The notes under the pieces: model-generated
What the model was told of the DNA's origin: nothing
Databases searched by the model: none
The model's input: the letters and a program-made list of their open reading frames with translations, nothing else
Position numbers and translations under genes: made by a program
Shown: in pieces, positions 58,862 through 61,769 of the stretch
Position numbering within the stretch: position 1 is the stretch's first letter
How the letters are laid out: each line of letters begins with the position of its first letter
IMG/VR virus record: IMGVR_UViG_3300042446_002147
Span: 62,001 to 123,769 of that record
Length of the DNA: 61,769 bases
Direction: 5' to 3' (one strand)
DNA from: an uncultured virus (IMG/VR IMGVR_UViG_3300042446_002147)
Lineage: Duplodnaviria > Heunggongvirae > Uroviricota > Caudoviricetes

Positions 58862-59326
58862 ATGGCAAATTCAGACAACACATGCGCAGATCTTCCAGTA
58901 GAAGATTTTCACACAGGAGCAAACGATACATTCGGTTTGATCTACGACAAACAAAAAGAATTACAAACTAGATACGGGTTTGATTTTAGCGATTGGACGC
59001 TAAAACAAATTGCAGATTTCTGGATGGTAAATAAACACGCAATGAGTGACGAACTAAATGAAATGTTTGACTCATTAGGAGGCGTTAAAGATGGTATTGG
59101 ATCTGCAGCTTGGAAATACTGGAAAGGAGACAATAAGAAAGCAGCAGAGATGAAAATCTCAGATTTAACAGAATCCGACAAATTGGAATTATTTTATGAG
59201 TGGATTGATGGTTTACATTTCTTTATGAATTTTGCAATTTCTATGGGTATGACAAGTAAGGATATTATTAATCTTTATATGGCAAAAAATTCAGAAAATC
59301 ACGACAGACAGCAAAGAGGTTATTAA
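58862..59326 (+). CDS. dCTPase/dUTPase, T4 gp56-like (all-alpha NTP pyrophosphatase)
   Basis: CADL, DELNEMFDSLGG, SAAWKYWK, LELFYEWIDGLHF and YMAKNSENHDRQQRGY parallel the gp56 motifs. Confidence 0.85.
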   Translation: MANSDNTCADLPVEDFHTGANDTFGLIYDKQKELQTRYGFDFSDWTLKQIADFWMVNKHAMSDELNEMFDSLGGVKDGIGSAAWKYWKGDNKKAAEMKISDLTESDKLELFYEWIDGLHFFMNFAISMGMTSKDIINLYMAKNSENHDRQQRGY

Positions 59327-59349
59327 TATATAAAAGACAAAAAACATAA

Positions 59350-60330
59350 ATGGAAAAGTTACTTACGCCGAATCCTAGAAGATTCTCATTATTCCCAGTA
59401 CAAGAACCAGATATCTGGATGATGTACAAAACTGCAGAAGCTTCTTTCTGGACAGCAGAAGAGATTGATTTAGCACAAGATATTTCTCATTGGAGAGATA
59501 AGCTTAATGATAACGAAAGATATTTTATTAAGAACGTAATTGCTTTCTTTAATAACTCTGATGGGATAGTTAATGAAAATCTTGCAGCTAACTTTTTCAA
59601 TCAAGTTCAGTATCCAGAAGCTAGATGCTTTTATGGATTTCAATTAGCTATTGAGAATATACACGGGGAGGTTTATTCACTTCTTATAGATTCTTACATA
59701 TCTGATGAGGAAGAGAAAGAACATCTATTTAATGCTATTGATACTGTTCCTGCTGTTAAAAGAAAAGCAGATTGGGCAATGAAATGGATTGATAATGGAA
59801 CATTCACTGAGAATATGATTGCATTTGCTGCTGTTGAAGGTATTTTCTTTTCTGGATCTTTCTGTTCTATATACTGGCTAAAGAAAAGAGGACTTATGCC
59901 AGGTCTTTGCTTTGCCAATGAATTAATCTCTAGAGACGAAGGTCTACATTGTGATTTTGCTTGTTTACTTTACACTAAACACATCGAAAATAAACTTCCA
60001 GAGGAAACAGTGAAAGCTATTATTAGTGAAGCTGTAGAGATCGAGAAGGAGTTTGTTACTTCATCTTTACCTGTTAGATTAATTGGTATGAACGCTGATC
60101 TTATGTGCGAGTATATTGAATTTGTAGCAGATAGGCTTTTAACATCTCTGGGATGTTCTAAAATCTATGATACTAAATGTCCTTTTGATTTTATGATAAA
60201 TATTGCTTTAGAAAACAAAGGAAATTTCTTCGAGGGTAGAGTTGGCTCATATCAGAAATCAGGAGTTATGGACAGTACCAAAGATAATGGAAATACAGGA
60301 AAAGCTTTTACAATGGATGCGGATTTTTAA
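59350..60330 (+). CDS. nrdB: Ribonucleotide reductase class Ia beta subunit (eukaryote-like subclass)
   Basis: [29 protein letters not shown] (radical Tyr), [17 protein letters not shown]-terminal FTMDADF. Confidence 0.96.
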   Translation: MEKLLTPNPRRFSLFPVQEPDIWMMYKTAEASFWTAEEIDLAQDISHWRDKLNDNERYFIKNVIAFFNNSDGIVNENLAANFFNQVQYPEARCFYGFQLAIENIHGEVYSLLIDSYISDEEEKEHLFNAIDTVPAVKRKADWAMKWIDNGTFTENMIAFAAVEGIFFSGSFCSIYWLKKRGLMPGLCFANELISRDEGLHCDFACLLYTKHIENKLPEETVKAIISEAVEIEKEFVTSSLPVRLIGMNADLMCEYIEFVADRLLTSLGCSKIYDTKCPFDFMINIALENKGNFFEGRVGSYQKSGVMDSTKDNGNTGKAFTMDADF

Positions 60331-60352
60331 TTTCCAATAACATAGTAATTAT

Positions 60353-61769
<1,417 letters not shown>

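Noticed and set aside
162..59918. Many short ORFs in the track lying antisense to or inside long genes (e.g. 162-581, 2653-2922, 10355-10708, 11243-11680, 45704-46024, 52745-53005, 59694-59918)
   Set aside because: They overlap well-supported genes and show no recognisable motifs; they look like shadow ORFs.
59350..60330. Eukaryotic or giant-virus origin of the contig, suggested by the eukaryote-like R2 and KYG-repeat nuclease
   Set aside because: The T4-like baseplate, neck, gp32, gp61 and UvsW genes and the operon structure show a tailed bacteriophage.

Overview
This window is part of a large, AT-rich, T4-like (myovirus-type) jumbo phage genome read with the standard genetic code. Several features point to a Bacteroidota host: A-rich leaders without Shine-Dalgarno sites, an Hc1-like protein, a DUF4494-like protein, Reg_prop/SBBP-type propellers and a eukaryote-like NrdB. 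About 1-41.6 kb is a virion structural region: gp5-like spike C-terminus, gp13 neck, gp25, gp6, a 2254-aa gp7-like wedge, several very large tail proteins and a gp3-like terminator. It is interrupted by a ribosomal protein S1 homolog, a degenerate amidoligase, a homing-endonuclease-like gene and an inverted phoH / ART-like / pterin-dehydratase cassette. 41.6-46.5 kb holds recombination and replication genes (RuvC-like, gp32, gp61, UvsY, UvsW). 46.5-57.4 kb is a block of mostly unknown genes that includes a metallopeptidase-vWA-MoxR AAA+ trio. The right end has the N-terminal half of a split PolB, a gp56-like dCTPase/dUTPase, NrdB and a truncated collagen-like gene. The strongest unexplained signal is a shared N-terminal peptide (M-K-x-I-x-x-F/Y-x-x-F-[IVL]-x-E) on about 12 unrelated proteins. 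It resembles the T4 capsid-targeting sequence and often follows a recurrent NRATATATA promoter-like motif, suggesting a virion-packaged cargo set that includes a MoxR chaperone, a peptidase and an ADP-ribosyltransferase-like protein. All family calls come from motif recognition by eye; no searches were run.
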